The notes beneath the pieces were generated by a model. It did no database searches, had not been told where the DNA came from, and was given only the letters and a program-made list of their open reading frames with translations. A DNA stretch of 64,000 bases from Octopus vulgaris (Eukaryota). Location: the NCBI GenBank assembly GCA_951406725.2, contig OX597814.1, positions 54,312,001 through 54,376,000 on the forward strand, in the 5' to 3' direction. How positions within the stretch are numbered: position 1 is the stretch's first letter; the number at the start of each line of letters is the position of its first letter. Position numbers and translations under genes: made by a program. Shown here in pieces: positions 25,578 to 38,669 of the stretch.

Positions 25578-27211
25578 CAGAGCTGGGCGTAAGACCGTTA
25601 ATCGTTAATTAACGAAGTTAACATTTTCGTTAACGATTTAACTTTTAAGTTAACTTTGAAAATCATTATCGGACTAATTAACTTCCGCTACATTTAGCTT
25701 TCGTTTATTCGAGTCCCAAAAATTTCCTTAAAAGCGGTAAACGTTTAAAAGTTTCTATTGTTTTCAGATTGTCTTAGAATATTTAACATGGTACGCGTCA
25801 GTCTTTCAACCCCGCTATAACGCCACTTATCGTGAATAATTTGTAGGACCTCATTTGGCCCTGCTTGGATTCGAAACCAAATCCACCTGCTTGTTGCTTG
25901 CGAAGATAGTGGGAAATTTCTTTGTTCTGTCAAGAACGAACAGTGATTGATGTGTTTCCACTTGATCCGTGATCTCGCTGAGGTGGATGCCAACAGAGAA
26001 AATATTGACGTCCATAAAATGGAAAATATGAATGGAAGGAAAAAAGTTGGTAAATATTTCGCTGTGAATGCAAATAGTTCGGTGTGAACGCAAATAGCTG
26101 TTACGTGATAGCAGGGCTTGCAAGAAACAGCAGCCAAATCTTCCTTTTCCGGAAAATAGAGCCGTTTGCGCGTGATTTCGATGTCACATTCGTTGAAAGC
26201 ATTAAAAATAAACCTGGAAAAGATAAAAGACCCGCGAAACAAAACTCACTCTGTGGGAAACTTCGAGGTCCCCACCACCCCTCCCACTTTTCTTTTCCGG
26301 AAAATAGTGGATTACGGCGGGTTTGAATGCATCTGAAATAACTATGGGAAAAAATTATTCCACACCGAGGACGAAATATTTACCAAAAGAATAAAATCTT
26401 GTACCGATTATACCTGTATTTTAATTAATTCAAATTAATGTACCTTATCTTGAAAAGTGACAAAATGTTTGTCGGTTGCCATCTGGAATAATTTTAGTAA
26501 CAAATCAAACAGGTAAGCTGCATTAAGAATTTCAATTTTAGTGTTTATCCATAATGTTATTGCTTTCACACCTATTAATTAAATTTACCTGCCCATAAAA
26601 GTCAAATTTACTCAGTAAGATCAGCTAAAATTACATAACTATAAACCAGTGGTGTATAAAGCACCCACTGACAAACTTTCAAATCTGTATGTAAAAAATT
26701 TACAAAGTTACAAGCAAATATTGTGAACACCCTTTTTGAACCTGAATAATTCGAAATAACGTGAGCAAATAAGCATTACTTTTGACCGATTTAGGTACAT
26801 TTTTTTTTACACACACACGGTTGGGACTACACGTGTGTTACTTTGACATTATCATTCCATAAAATTTGTTTATGAGAAGAAAAATATTGAAAAATATCAA
26901 TAGATGTGTGGGTGAGAAAGAATCGAGAAGGGAGGTTTTGGGATGTGCTAGAAACAACAGCCAGCTCTCCCTTAAATCACACATTTTCCTCTGAAACTAT
27001 TTTACAATTTTTTTTAAAACCGAAAATGTTTCTCACACGGGTTTTAAGTTCGTAAAGAAAATATCCAAAATCGTTTCGGACTGGGGTGGCGGGAGTGAAA
27101 AAAATTAAATTTTCAGAATTTTTTCTTTCTTTTTTTAACTTCCATATTTTCAAAGAATTAACGGTTTAACGATTAACGAACTTAACTTCTCGATTAACGG
27201 CACCCACTTCT

Positions 27212-27212
<1 letters not shown>
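25578..27212. mobile_element. Probable non-autonomous hAT-like element with subterminal (CG)TTAA repeats
   Basis: CAGAGCTGGG...CCGTTAATCGTTAATTAACGAAGTTAAC on the left; TTAACGATTAACGAACTTAAC...GATTAACGG...CCCACTTCTG on the right; no clean TSD. Confidence 0.6.
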
Positions 27213-27251
<39 letters not shown>

Positions 27252-27256
27252 GCACG

Positions 27257-27349
<93 letters not shown>
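27213..27349. repeat. (CA)n microsatellite
   Basis: Directly visible. Confidence 0.98.
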
Positions 27350-27354
<5 letters not shown>

Positions 27355-27614
27355 TGGCTGTGTGGTAAGAAGCTGAGTGGCCTTCGCAGGTGGCTGCGGA
27401 GGTCATATGGGATAATGATCTGTGCAGGATAATGAATTCCTTCCCAGCGGACACCTTTAGATATATGGCCAAGTGGTCCGGCTTGGAACCAACTAGATGC
27501 TTCAATGAAGCGAGGAGCCTGGTCGGATAGAAAAGTTGAAGTGTTGGACGTTTGTGTAAGAGGTGTATTACCTCAAAAAGAGTCTGCAAAATGTAAAAAG
27601 TTAGAGGATTATTG

Positions 27615-27696
<82 letters not shown>

Positions 27697-27917
27697 GTGC
27701 ATTTAATTCTGAACTATGTAAGAGGTTTATCGTTTCATTGTGCTTAAAAAAGTAAAAAAAAAGAACAATGTTTTAGAGAAGCGAATGTCGGCGGGCGCTT
27801 TTCGTCTTCTCCCATCCTTATCATCCTTGTATCATTATCATTCATCTCATTAATGTCTGTGTCCAGCCCGCAAGCTTCTCTCTGTGTGCTGCCCATGTAA
27901 CAAATTTAATAAAATAA

Positions 27918-28240
27918 AGAAGCTTGCTTCCCCACCACATGGTTCTGCGTTCAGTCCCGCTGCTTGGCACCTTGGCCAAGTGTCCTCTACTATAGCCTCG
28001 GGCCGACCAAAACCTTGTGAGCGGATTTGGTAGACGGATCCCGAAAGAAGTCCTTCTCCATCGCTTGATTACCGGTGCCGGTATGTTTAAATCCTCGTAA
28101 CTTATCGGTTCAGCAAATAGACCGATAGAATAAGTACTGGGCTTAAAATAATGAAATAAGTCCTGGGGTCGATTCATTCAACTAAAAATTCATCTAAGTG
28201 GTCGCCCAGCATGGCTGCAGTCTAGTGACTGAAAGAAATG
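27918..28240 (+). mobile_element. SINE family A (5' end appears stranded at 27350-27373)
   Basis: Homology to 741-1168; the head CAGGTGTGGCTGTGTGGTAAGAAGCT lies ~550 bp upstream, with GAAGCT repeated at the restart. Confidence 0.8.
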
Positions 28241-28281
28241 AAAACAAAACACACACACACACACATGTTTGTATGTGTGTT

Positions 28282-28341
<60 letters not shown>

Positions 28342-28498
28342 CCGGAGTAAGCACATAAATGTGAAACAAGGTGGAAAAAAGAGTACTCAAATATCAGAGG
28401 TAGATTAATATGCTTTATTTAAACAAAACTGTCCGTCGAACGGGAACGTGAAACTCTGAGTAACAGCTTTTGTTATATTTCTACTGCTTTTAAATAAA

Positions 28499-28563
<65 letters not shown>

Positions 28564-28804
28564 CGATAGACTTTCAGTTTTTCCTCTGTCAAATACACCC
28601 ACGGCTTTGTAGTGGAATATTTATTGTTGAAGACACTTGCCTAACAGGCCACTGAACCCGAAGCTATGTTGTGGGGAAGCAAACTTTTTGCCGTTGAGCC
28701 ATGCCACCGATTATGGAAACAAAAGCAAAATAAATTTTTTCTCTACTATGGAAGCATCCCTGTATTGCCAATAAAGAAAATCAAGATAAATATGTATGGA
28801 AGAC

Positions 28805-28850
<46 letters not shown>

Positions 28851-29325
28851 CGTGTGTATGTGTGTGTGTGTGCTTGTGGTCAGCTATTACAGAAGCTAAT
28901 TATTTTACCACTATCGCAGACGTCAATTCAAATAAATAATCAGTCAATAAGCGCATTTGATCTCGAGACGGAACGCTTATCCTATAACCTTGGAATGCCA
29001 TAGTTCTATTAGAAAAAAGGAAAAATAGCTGATCTGCATTCTCGAAATTCAATCGATTAGAGATACCATGAGTATATGCAAACTTTTTAGAAGCTTCGGC
29101 TTTAACTGACGTTATTATTGTCAAGGCGCCAATAAAAGAGTCTTGTTTCGTAGAGAGAGACTCTTGTTCTCTGAATCTCATTTAAGTACACAGAAGAGAC
29201 GCACATACACACTGACATACACACACATAGGTTGAGAGTAGAGCTGTGACGTAAATGCATGGCACTAAAAACAACTGACAGTGGGTTGGGTGTCATACCA
29301 GGGTGCTGGCAAATGCTGAAAATTA

Positions 29326-29356
<31 letters not shown>

Positions 29357-29503
29357 CTATATATATAATCCATACATCTGTATGTATATATGTGCGTGTT
29401 TATTTACGCATATATACACATTTACATACACAAACACAGACAGATATACATATGTGTGTGTGTGTGCTCGAGTATATGTGAAAGGGAAAGAGCATGGGGG
29501 AGC

Positions 29504-29504
<1 letters not shown>

Positions 29505-29574
<70 letters not shown>

Positions 29575-29746
29575 AGTGTGTTGTTGATGCTTTGTGGCTT
29601 ATATGCAGGGAATGTGCGCGAAGTACGAAGTTCTGGTTTCCGCCATTGGGTAACAGTGCATAGATAAGGTAATACAGCTGAACGAGTGTTTCTCGCTTTC
29701 AAATATCTTTATCTTTTTTTTTATTCTAATTGAGTTCAAGAAAGCG

Positions 29747-29785
<39 letters not shown>

Positions 29786-29827
29786 ATTAGAAAGGTGCAA
29801 AAAAGCAAGAAGGAACAAAGAAGAGAC

Positions 29828-29885
<58 letters not shown>
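29505..29885. repeat. (GA)n and (GATA)n microsatellites
   Basis: Tracts at 29505-29570, 29750-29778 and 29829-29885. Confidence 0.95.
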
Positions 29886-29886
<1 letters not shown>

Positions 29887-30135
29887 ACTTGGAAAGGGGC
29901 TGATGGGAAGGAAGAAGCAGGCAAAGACTAGGGGGTATAAATAAGAGGAGGGAGTAGGAGAAAAAAAGCAGGAGGGGTAGAGAGGAAGATAAAGAAAGAA
30001 GACAAAGAGAGGGGGACGGAGAATGAGAATGAGATATATGTGTATATACGAGAGTGGAAAGCATTATCCATTATAGAAGGAGGAATAGTATAGAGGAAAA
30101 GGGAAATATGTGGCTGATATAGAGAGCAGTGTGAA

Positions 30136-30452
30136 GGCGCGTGGCTTAGTGGTAAGGGCAATCGGCTCACAATCGTAAGCTCGTGCGTTCCATTCCCGGA
30201 AGCGCGTTGTGTCCTTGAGCAAGTCACTTTATTCCACGTTGCTCCAGTCCACTCAGCTAGCAAAAATGAGTAGTACCTGTATTTCGAAGGGCCAGCCTTG
30301 TCACACTCTGTGTCATGCTGAATCTCCCTGAGAACTACGTTAAGAGTACACGTGTCTGTGGAGTGCTCAGCCACTTGCACGTTAATTTTACAAGTAGGCC
30401 GTTCTGTTGATCAAATCAACTGGAATCCTCGTCGTAACCGACGGAATGCCAG
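30136..30452 (+). mobile_element. SINE family B, near full length
   Basis: GGCGCGTGGCTTAGTGGTAAG A-box head; central CCTTGAGCAAG...CCAGTCCACTCAGCT domain shared with 16040 and 55557. Confidence 0.9.
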
Positions 30453-31081
30453 TTTATAGAGAACGGTAGAGAAATGAATATTGAATTATTAAATAGTCTA
30501 AGAAAGATAAACAGAAGAAGAGAGAAATGGAGAATAGGAAATAAGAAGAGAAGATGAGAAAATTAAGGAGAATAAGAGAGAGATAAGTTGGAAAAGCAAA
30601 CAGAAGAGATGAAAGAAAAGTGAATGAGAACCACAGGAACGAGAAAGGGAGTGAACGAAGAAATTTGTTGGAAGAAAGAGAATAAAATAAAAAGAAGATT
30701 AGAAATCGAGAGATGGAGAGAAGGGAGACAAATTATCTCGGTACATTCGAGTTCATTCGAGATAAGTCATGAGTTTACATGCGGTAAAAAGCTAAAAAAA
30801 AAAAAGAGAAAAAGAAAAAAGATGGTGAGGTTCTCTATATCATTCTGTGTATCGTAGCCCTGAACCACCGTTGGCAAATTGCATTCATTTGCAAGATTTT
30901 AGTCTCAGCCTACTAGGCGCCAATCTGAAGCAGACGTAACAAACTTTCAGTTGAGTAAACTGGTACAACCAGGCATATAATGAAGTGCCTTGCTCAAAGA
31001 GACACATGCCACTAGGTCCGAGCTGGGAATCGAGCTTTGATTGTGATTTCAACAGTATAATTTCTACCAAAGTGACAACAT

Positions 31082-31156
<75 letters not shown>

Positions 31157-31294
31157 TCATTCTCAGACCAAGAGCAACGCCTCAAAACTTAAAACTTTAG
31201 GTTCTTCACTCCACTCACAAACTAAACTTACAGACAATAATATGGTGCGGTTACATTTTTCTACTTGCTACTAGTAATAGACGTCTCCTTTCTT

Positions 31295-31481
31295 TATTAT
31301 TATTATTATTATTATTATTTTGGTTTGGCTCAGGTTCGGTCTTATTCCTAGTAGGATTTATGTGGGTAGTAGGTTACTATCTGTAACCTTAGGTATCCAC
31401 AAGTTTTCAGCAGTCTTTCAAGTGCTTAGAACCCTCCTCATAATCCTTGCTGTCCCTAAGAGAGAAAGTTTCTGTAGGAGG

Positions 31482-31482
<1 letters not shown>
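31295..31482 (-). mobile_element. Short 3' end of an R4/Dong-like LINE with (TAA)n tail
   Basis: NLLQKLSLLGTARIMRRVLST* is the typical R4-clade C-terminus, followed by a 3' UTR and (TAA)n. Confidence 0.8.
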
Positions 31483-31541
<59 letters not shown>

Positions 31542-32095
31542 GAGTGAGCGAGCAGAGCATGCCATCAAAGTGACACTGGGGTAAAATATACGAAGCCCAG
31601 TATACCCATCATGACTACGCGTCTAATAAGGGTACACCAGGCACATGCATCACAACCATATGTGCGCGACATGGTGATCTCATATCAAGATAAACAGCAC
31701 ATGACCTTGCAGGTGGAGCCCAGTTAGAGTTTTCTTCAGATCGAGTAACCCATCCCGCTCAAAAGGTCCCTGAATAAGGGTTGTTTAAGGACGTTGAACG
31801 AAACACCCATGTTTCCAGAGGTGAATTATTCAAACCCCAAAGAATCCTTCTCAACACATGGCTATGATGCTCCCCCACTACTTCTGCTCGTGATCAGAGA
31901 TGCACATATCGTCAGCCACTAAGGGACATGCTCAACTGGTTAAGGTCAAACAACTGACAAGCAAATCTGTGGTATTGAGCAGAATATTTGCTGTAGCCCA
32001 TCTTTTATACCAAGACAAAACAATGTACATGATAACACTTCCAATCAGGTAAGATCAGAAGCCATGAGAGCCACTGTCTGGTACTGCATCAGGGC

Positions 32096-32097
<2 letters not shown>
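31542..32097. mobile_element. Unclassified ~555-bp element flanked on both sides by (TTA)n
   Basis: Sharp edges against TTA arrays at 31483-31541 and 32098-32159; no ORF; repeat status inferred because there is only one copy in the window. Confidence 0.55.
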
Positions 32098-32159
<62 letters not shown>

Positions 32160-33640
32160 GTAACAGTTCTACTTAGTACTCTATTTCAATTTCCTTTATA
32201 TTCTTCTTGATGCCTTCTGATTCTGTCCCCAAGAACCCAACAATAATTGGCACTATCTTCACCTTTTTAATTTTCCATAGCCGGGCTATTCCGTACTTAA
32301 GAGGGTTGTATTTACTTATTTTTTCACCTTCCCTCCTGACTATCCGTGGGTCAAAAGGGCATGCAGCATCAACTATATAACGCGTGTGTTGCGTCTTGTC
32401 AACCAGCACTAGGTCCGGTCTATTATGTTCTAGCACCTAATCTGTTTGGATTGGGAAATCCCAGAGGATTTTGCTAGTCTCCGACTCCGCCACTCTTTGC
32501 GGTTTGTACTCATACCACGTCTCGCCTCTCTCTAACCCCCACTTTTTGCACAGTTTCTAGTGTAGCACTTTCGGTACCTGATCGTGTCGCCACAACTTGT
32601 AATGGTTTTGGGCAAGTCTAGGGCATCCGTTCGTGATATAGGCAATAGTTTCATCCACTCTATTACAGATGCGGCACAGCTAAGAAACTTGCTCATTCCT
32701 AAGGTTGACCCTCCAGTTCGTGGCCAAAGCTTGGTCTTACACTATCAGTCTCTTTTTTTTTAGTGTTCCTTTTTTCAACCAACCCCACCTATATTTTCCA
32801 GCAACTTCTGTTGTGGCTACATGGAATTGATTTTGTAGTCCTTTGTTGCGTAATTCTTTTTCATATCCCTTTTGTACTTCTTCCTTTGTTTTTCCTTTTT
32901 TTTATCTGCTTTCAATACTCCCTCATTCCTAACTGGCACTAGCAAGGTTTCATTACTTTGGGCTAGGTGCCTCAATTAAGCTCTCAAGCTCGATACGTAC
33001 ACAGTCTTCCACACTTATCAGTCTCCTTCCTCCATTTGCTCTCTTCATGTATAAGTGATCAGTGTCTGCACGTGGATGATGAGCTTCATGCATCGTTAGG
33101 AGCTTTCTTGACTCCTTGTTCATCTCCATTAGCTCCTCCTCTGTTCACTTCAGGTTTCCAGCGCTATGCCGAACTATTGCGACTGCTCACGAGTTTATTG
33201 CCGAAATTATGTTTCTGGCATTCAGCTTTGAAGCTAATATTTTTCTCAATCGCCGCAGGTACTCTCTTTTTGTCCTTTCCTTCATGTCATTGTGTTTAAT
33301 TCCATCTGCTTTGAGTATTCCCATATATTTATAGCTGAATTGAGGTTGAATTGCCTTCGTCATTTCACCACTTGGCAACCATATGCCCTCTGTCCTGACA
33401 AGCTTTCCTCGTCAAATCATTATCGTAGCACATTTTGACAGCCCAAACTCCATCTTAATATCATTGGAGAAAATCCGCGCAGACTGGAAAAGGCTGTCCA
33501 GTTCTACCTCACTTTTTGTGAATAACTTCAAGTCGTCAGTTTTCCCTTACCTCGTCCCAAATCATACCCCAACTTTATTTTCTGTTGTATTTCACTCAAG
33601 GAGATCATTCCCAGCACAAAGACCAGTGGGGACACAATTA
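32160..33640 (-). mobile_element. R4/Dong-like non-LTR retrotransposon remnant (RT, CCHC finger, REL endonuclease)
   Basis: DDLKLF; SYKYMGILKADGIKHNDMKE...EYLRRLRKILASKLNARN; CRIC...ETIAYITNGC...RHDQV; EHNRPDLVLVDK...IVDAACPFD...EKISKY. Confidence 0.92.
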
Positions 33641-33771
33641 TTATTATTCACTGTGCGGGACTTACATTGAGCCTATTGGATCTTATCTTTGTATTAATCG
33701 GAATCTCACAGATCTTCCTTCCATTATTGGAACACTACGCTAGCCAGGATCATATATATATATATATATAC

Positions 33772-34145
33772 ACGAGCAAAACGCTCCCCCCCCCCCCCGT
33801 CCAATGGACGGTACTGAGTTGTCAAACATTTAAACCAAATTTTCTCAAGACAACTTGTCCGACCGTCCCATAGGCCTCCCCTTTGAGAAACACTGATTTA
33901 ACCTAAATTTGAGACACCTATAAAAAGAAGAAATAAAGATAGACTTTTTTCTATTCCAAACAAAACGAATTCCTACTGCTTTATCGATCGCATTCTCACC
34001 TGGAATCGATTTTTGTAATTTTTTCAAGACCTATACACGCCCTGATACCATCGGTATCTACATTTCAAATTTGAGCGCAATCGGATGGAGGATGCCCGAG
34101 ATCCTAGAAGCCAAACACACACACAGAACGGATTTTATATAAGAT
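33772..34145 (-). mobile_element. Probable non-autonomous Helitron
   Basis: Same layout as 63217-63613: minus strand starts TCTTATATAAAA, has a terminal hairpin (CCGTCCAATGGACGG) and a CTAG-like CTCG end within a TA tract. Confidence 0.55.
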
Positions 34146-34405
34146 ATATATATATATATCCGGTCTTCCCTGAGTAGATTTCTCTGTCTTGGATTCGTAC
34201 TTGCATCATATTTAATTTAATTTAAAACTTTTTTTCGTGAACGAAAATCTTAACTGTATATCTTATCATCTTCTCCAAGTACCGAAGGTTTTATCATTTT
34301 CTAATACTCTCTGACGAATTCTTAAGTGAAAGAAATAGAGTTGGTCCTTGTAAAAGTCATTATGTATGATTATAGTTGAGAGTGTGTGTGAGCGAGTGTG
34401 TGTGC

Positions 34406-34478
<73 letters not shown>

Positions 34479-35585
34479 TGTATAGATGATTGATACATAG
34501 GGAGAGGGGGGAAGAGAGACATGCATATGTACATTTACGTAACATACACACCCAAATAAAGTATATGATATTAACAGCAATTATATTCCTCTTACTGCGT
34601 TATCTGAAAACAAATTCCTTACTCAACATTTACAATCTTCATCAATTGATAAATTTATAACGTCACATCCTGATAAACCAGATTGGCTATATCAAGGAAC
34701 TGAAATACTCTGAACGCAGTGGTTTATCTATTCGGTACTGATTTGCAAAAGTTCCGGTAAAGGCTGATTAGTTACTTGGGAAAGCAGCAATTAATTAATT
34801 TAGTAATGTTCATTTCTAACTTTATATCCTGTAAATGCTAGTTTTAACAGGAACAAAAATTTGAAATGACTCAAATCACACCAACTAACATTATGAATGA
34901 ATCTCATGATCCTTATGAATCATAAGGGCATTCATTGAAGCTTTCGTATGGCTAACCTTTTGCCTGTCCTGTGTATCATATGTGATACATAGGACATATT
35001 TCACTGGCAACCATGCATCCCATATGATAAACATTCCCATTTTTTAACTTGGGACTTAAGAAAGGAAAGCTTTGTATTACTCAAAACGTATGAAACAAGG
35101 GTTAACTCAGTCTGAAAACAAGCACTGACGTTAAGGACTAACTTATAAAAATACTTGGACTGGTAAAGGGTTAATGAAGTTTGTTTTTGCCAAGGCTGAT
35201 ATTGCTGTGTGGTTACGTTGTTAACTTTGTGGTTACATGTTTTCGGGTTCAATCCCACTATACGTCATTTAAGACAAGTGTCTTCTACTATAGATTCGGA
35301 TCGACCAAAGCCTTGTGAATGACACTTGGGAACTGTGTAAAAACCTTTTGGAGGACTCGCTCCTATTCTTGAGCAGTAGACTTAATCTGTCAACTGGTTT
35401 AGTAGTTCCCCATCACCACTACAAGAGATAGGTTATTTTTCAGGATACGACTATATACATCACTCTTCACAAGCCAGTGTGGGAACATCTACACAATGGC
35501 TCGATCTCTTAGACACGGTAGCTGAATTTCCCTCAAATCACACCTTGTCAAGTTACAAAGGAAAACACATTAGACACTGTAGTTA

Positions 35586-35650
<65 letters not shown>

Positions 35651-35719
35651 CGTTATATTAATACATCTGTTTGTTTTGTACACCACCTGTCTTCGTCTTT
35701 TGGTTTTTTCGTAAACTCT

Positions 35720-35794
<75 letters not shown>

Positions 35795-36353
35795 TATGTA
35801 CAGTAAATCCAAAATTGAACAAATACATAAAATAAACGACAACGCGAGGACGTGATACATGTAATATATCAACAGACGCTCAGGAAAGGAAAGAAAGATG
35901 GTTTAACGTTTCGAGCAGACGCTCTTCTTCGGAAACAGAGGGAAGACGGGGGAAGAAAATCGCCAACGATTCATGTGGTTACATTTTGAAATGACCAGAA
36001 GAGAATGGGTGAAGAAAAAATTATTTCTAAGACAGGAGAGTGTAAGAGAAGGAAGTATGTGTGGGTATGTGCGTGCAGGTCTGTGTGTGTGTGTGTGTGT
36101 GGTTTTGGCTGTTTATATGTGTATGTGTGAGTGAACTTTGTGTCGCTTACTGTTGTAGGAAGAATTTAGTAGTAGGAGCGGCTGTCTTTTGTGTAGCGTG
36201 TTTCTCACATGTGCGTAGGGGAGTGGTCAGTACAAAGGTGTTTCACTGGCAGTTTGAAGTATGTGTGTGCGTGTGTATGTACGTGTGTGCGTGTATGTAT
36301 ATGTTCTGTGTGTAGTGTGTGCATGCGCGTGTGTTTGTGCGTGTATGTGTGCG

Positions 36354-36569
36354 TTACCCCAATTTTTTAGCTTCCTTCACTTTTCTACCACAACGATGAC
36401 ATGGTGGAACATTTTCTTCATCTAAAAGGTCATTTCTTCGTAAAAATGCAACTGTCTTCGTCTTAGAAATTGAAAAGTAAACTAAAACGTTACCTAAAGT
36501 AATCGCCCTTAAGTTGTTGATCACACCCCAAAGAAGCACCGGATACTGTTTATGAAATACTGGTTTCAT
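36354..36569 (-). mobile_element. Possible Merlin/ISXO2-like transposase N-terminal fragment
   Basis: AFLRRNDLL...PPCHRCGRKVK resembles the FL...LL...CxxC zinc-ribbon start; no catalytic domain seen. Confidence 0.35.
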
Positions 36570-36574
36570 ACTTT

Positions 36575-37128
36575 AACACAAGACAAGCAATTTTAGGGGA
36601 GGAGTGAGTCGTTTATATCGGCCCCAGTGTTCAACTTTTTTTTATCGACCACAAAAGGATGAAAGGCAAAGTCGACCTTGGCGGAATTTGAACTCAGAAC
36701 AGAGCAGCGGACGAAATACCTATGTTTTTACTACCCACAAGGGGCTAAACACAGAGAGGACAAACAAGGACAGACAAACGGTTTAAGTCGATTACATCGA
36801 CCCCAGTGCGTAACTTGTACTTATTTAATCGACCCCAAAAGGATGAAAGGCAAAGTCGACCTCGGCGGAATTTGAACTCAGAACGTAGCGGCAGACGAAA
36901 TACCTATTTCTTTATTACCCACAGGGGGCCAAACACAGAGGGGACAAACAAGGACAGACATAGGTATTAAGTCGATTACATCGACCCCAGTGCGTAACTG
37001 GTACTTAATTTATCGACCCCGAAAGGATGAAAGGCAAAGTCGACCTCGGCGGAATTTGAACTCAGAACGTAGCGGCAGACGAAATACCGGTAAGCATTTC
37101 GCCCGACGTGCTAACGTTTCTGCCAGCG
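36575..37128 (-). mobile_element. SINE family C with the body in three tandem ~180-bp units
   Basis: CCCCAGTG...AAAGGATGAAAGGCAAAGTCGACC...GAAATACC recurs at ~36619, ~36798 and ~36982; a single head at 37090-37128. Confidence 0.9.
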
Positions 37129-38669
37129 ACTGGTGGAAAAGACTGTGACGATGTCCCTACGACTCCATCAGGAGTTGGAAGGTTTCAAATAAAAGCAAGG
37201 CAATTTATTTCTAGACGAATATGCATCTTTCCTTTATAAAGATGGCTAGATGTGATATGAAAGAAACTTGGTTGCTAATTCAAGCATTAAAAAAAAAATT
37301 TTATCTAGCTATAATCACAAGAAATATTTCTTAAATTCTGTGTGAAAGAATATATTAAAGCTTTCAAAAACTAAGATACTCGGTTCTTTGACTAAAGAAT
37401 GAGTAAAATAATAAAGATCGTTACACTGCAAGATCGACTTGTTTCGCGAAAGGAATTTATTTAAAAAACTGGACGTCAATAACTTTCGTACAAAATGTTC
37501 ATGATGAAACTTAAGTATGCGCCAAGGAAGGTCTCTTGAGAATAAGATGTAAAGTATTTGGATAAAAAGAGATAAAAATCAAAATTTAACCTAATTTATT
37601 TTATAATCTTTTAAATTTTTTCTCATATTTATTTTTATTTTGTAGTTCATGTCTATTTTTAATCTTTCCAAACGGGAAGTAAATTTGTTACTACCATTAG
37701 TTTCGCAGTAGGAACAGTGTTAATAATAGCGTTTAAATATGCATACATCGTTGAAAGTGAGATTTTATACGGTTTGAACTTTTAGATGATGCATAAATTG
37801 TCAGAAAATACTTATTGAGAGAAAATCAGTGGAAATCATTTGAAGAAATATTTCATAAACAGTAGCAGTTGCTGATTTTAACATGTAATTTGAATCAGAT
37901 AATCAAGTTATTATAATGAAGCGAACCATAAGATGTAATAAGCACTAATTTCTACATAAATATTGTAATTCAACGCATTGTTTATGAAATCATCTGGGAG
38001 TAAAAGGGATTCTAAAACCACTAATTGACCCCACTAATTGGTTAATGATTAAGGCACAAGGCCAACAATTTGATTAGACCATCACTCTCACCCGTCTTGT
38101 TGCTTAACAACAACAACAGCAGCAGCAGCAGCAGCAGCAACAACAACAACAACAACAACAACAGCAATAACTATAGTCTAAACAACTGAGTAAAACTGAC
38201 TAGACACGCAATCAACTGAGAACTGGTTTCTTTCGACAACATAGAAGAAGAAATGAAGGTCAAAATGCTCCTAATGATAGATAAAAGCTAGCAAGTGAAT
38301 TCTACTGTCTGAAATTGTCACCGATTTCGAAAGGTGGACGCTCACGAAGAAACCCGCGCAGGTCTATAGAGAGAAGTAATCTGAACAACATCTGAGGACA
38401 CGTGAACAAAACGATATGAAACTTTGAAGATGAGTTTACCTTCATAATCGCATGAAGAAGACACTGCAAGGAGTGAAGATTTTATTCTCATCTCTACTAA
38501 TATTGGCTGAAACAAATGACAGTCAGGGATGTGCCGCCATAAATTGAATGTGCTGCCATAAATCTTTGATAGGAGGACATTGAATTGAAAGAAAAAAAAG
38601 AACAAACAAAAGAAAACAAGAACATACAAGGCAAGTGACAGACTTCCGATGATGATGATGATGATGATG

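Noticed and set aside
36575-37128. Repeat-spacer pattern resembling a CRISPR array
   Set aside because: Repeats are ~110-bp SINE bodies, the spacers are near-identical to each other, there are no cas genes, and the context is eukaryotic
38107-38170. (CAA)/(CAG) run as a polyglutamine exon
   Set aside because: Bounded by nearby in-frame stops, with no splice signals or flanking coding sequence
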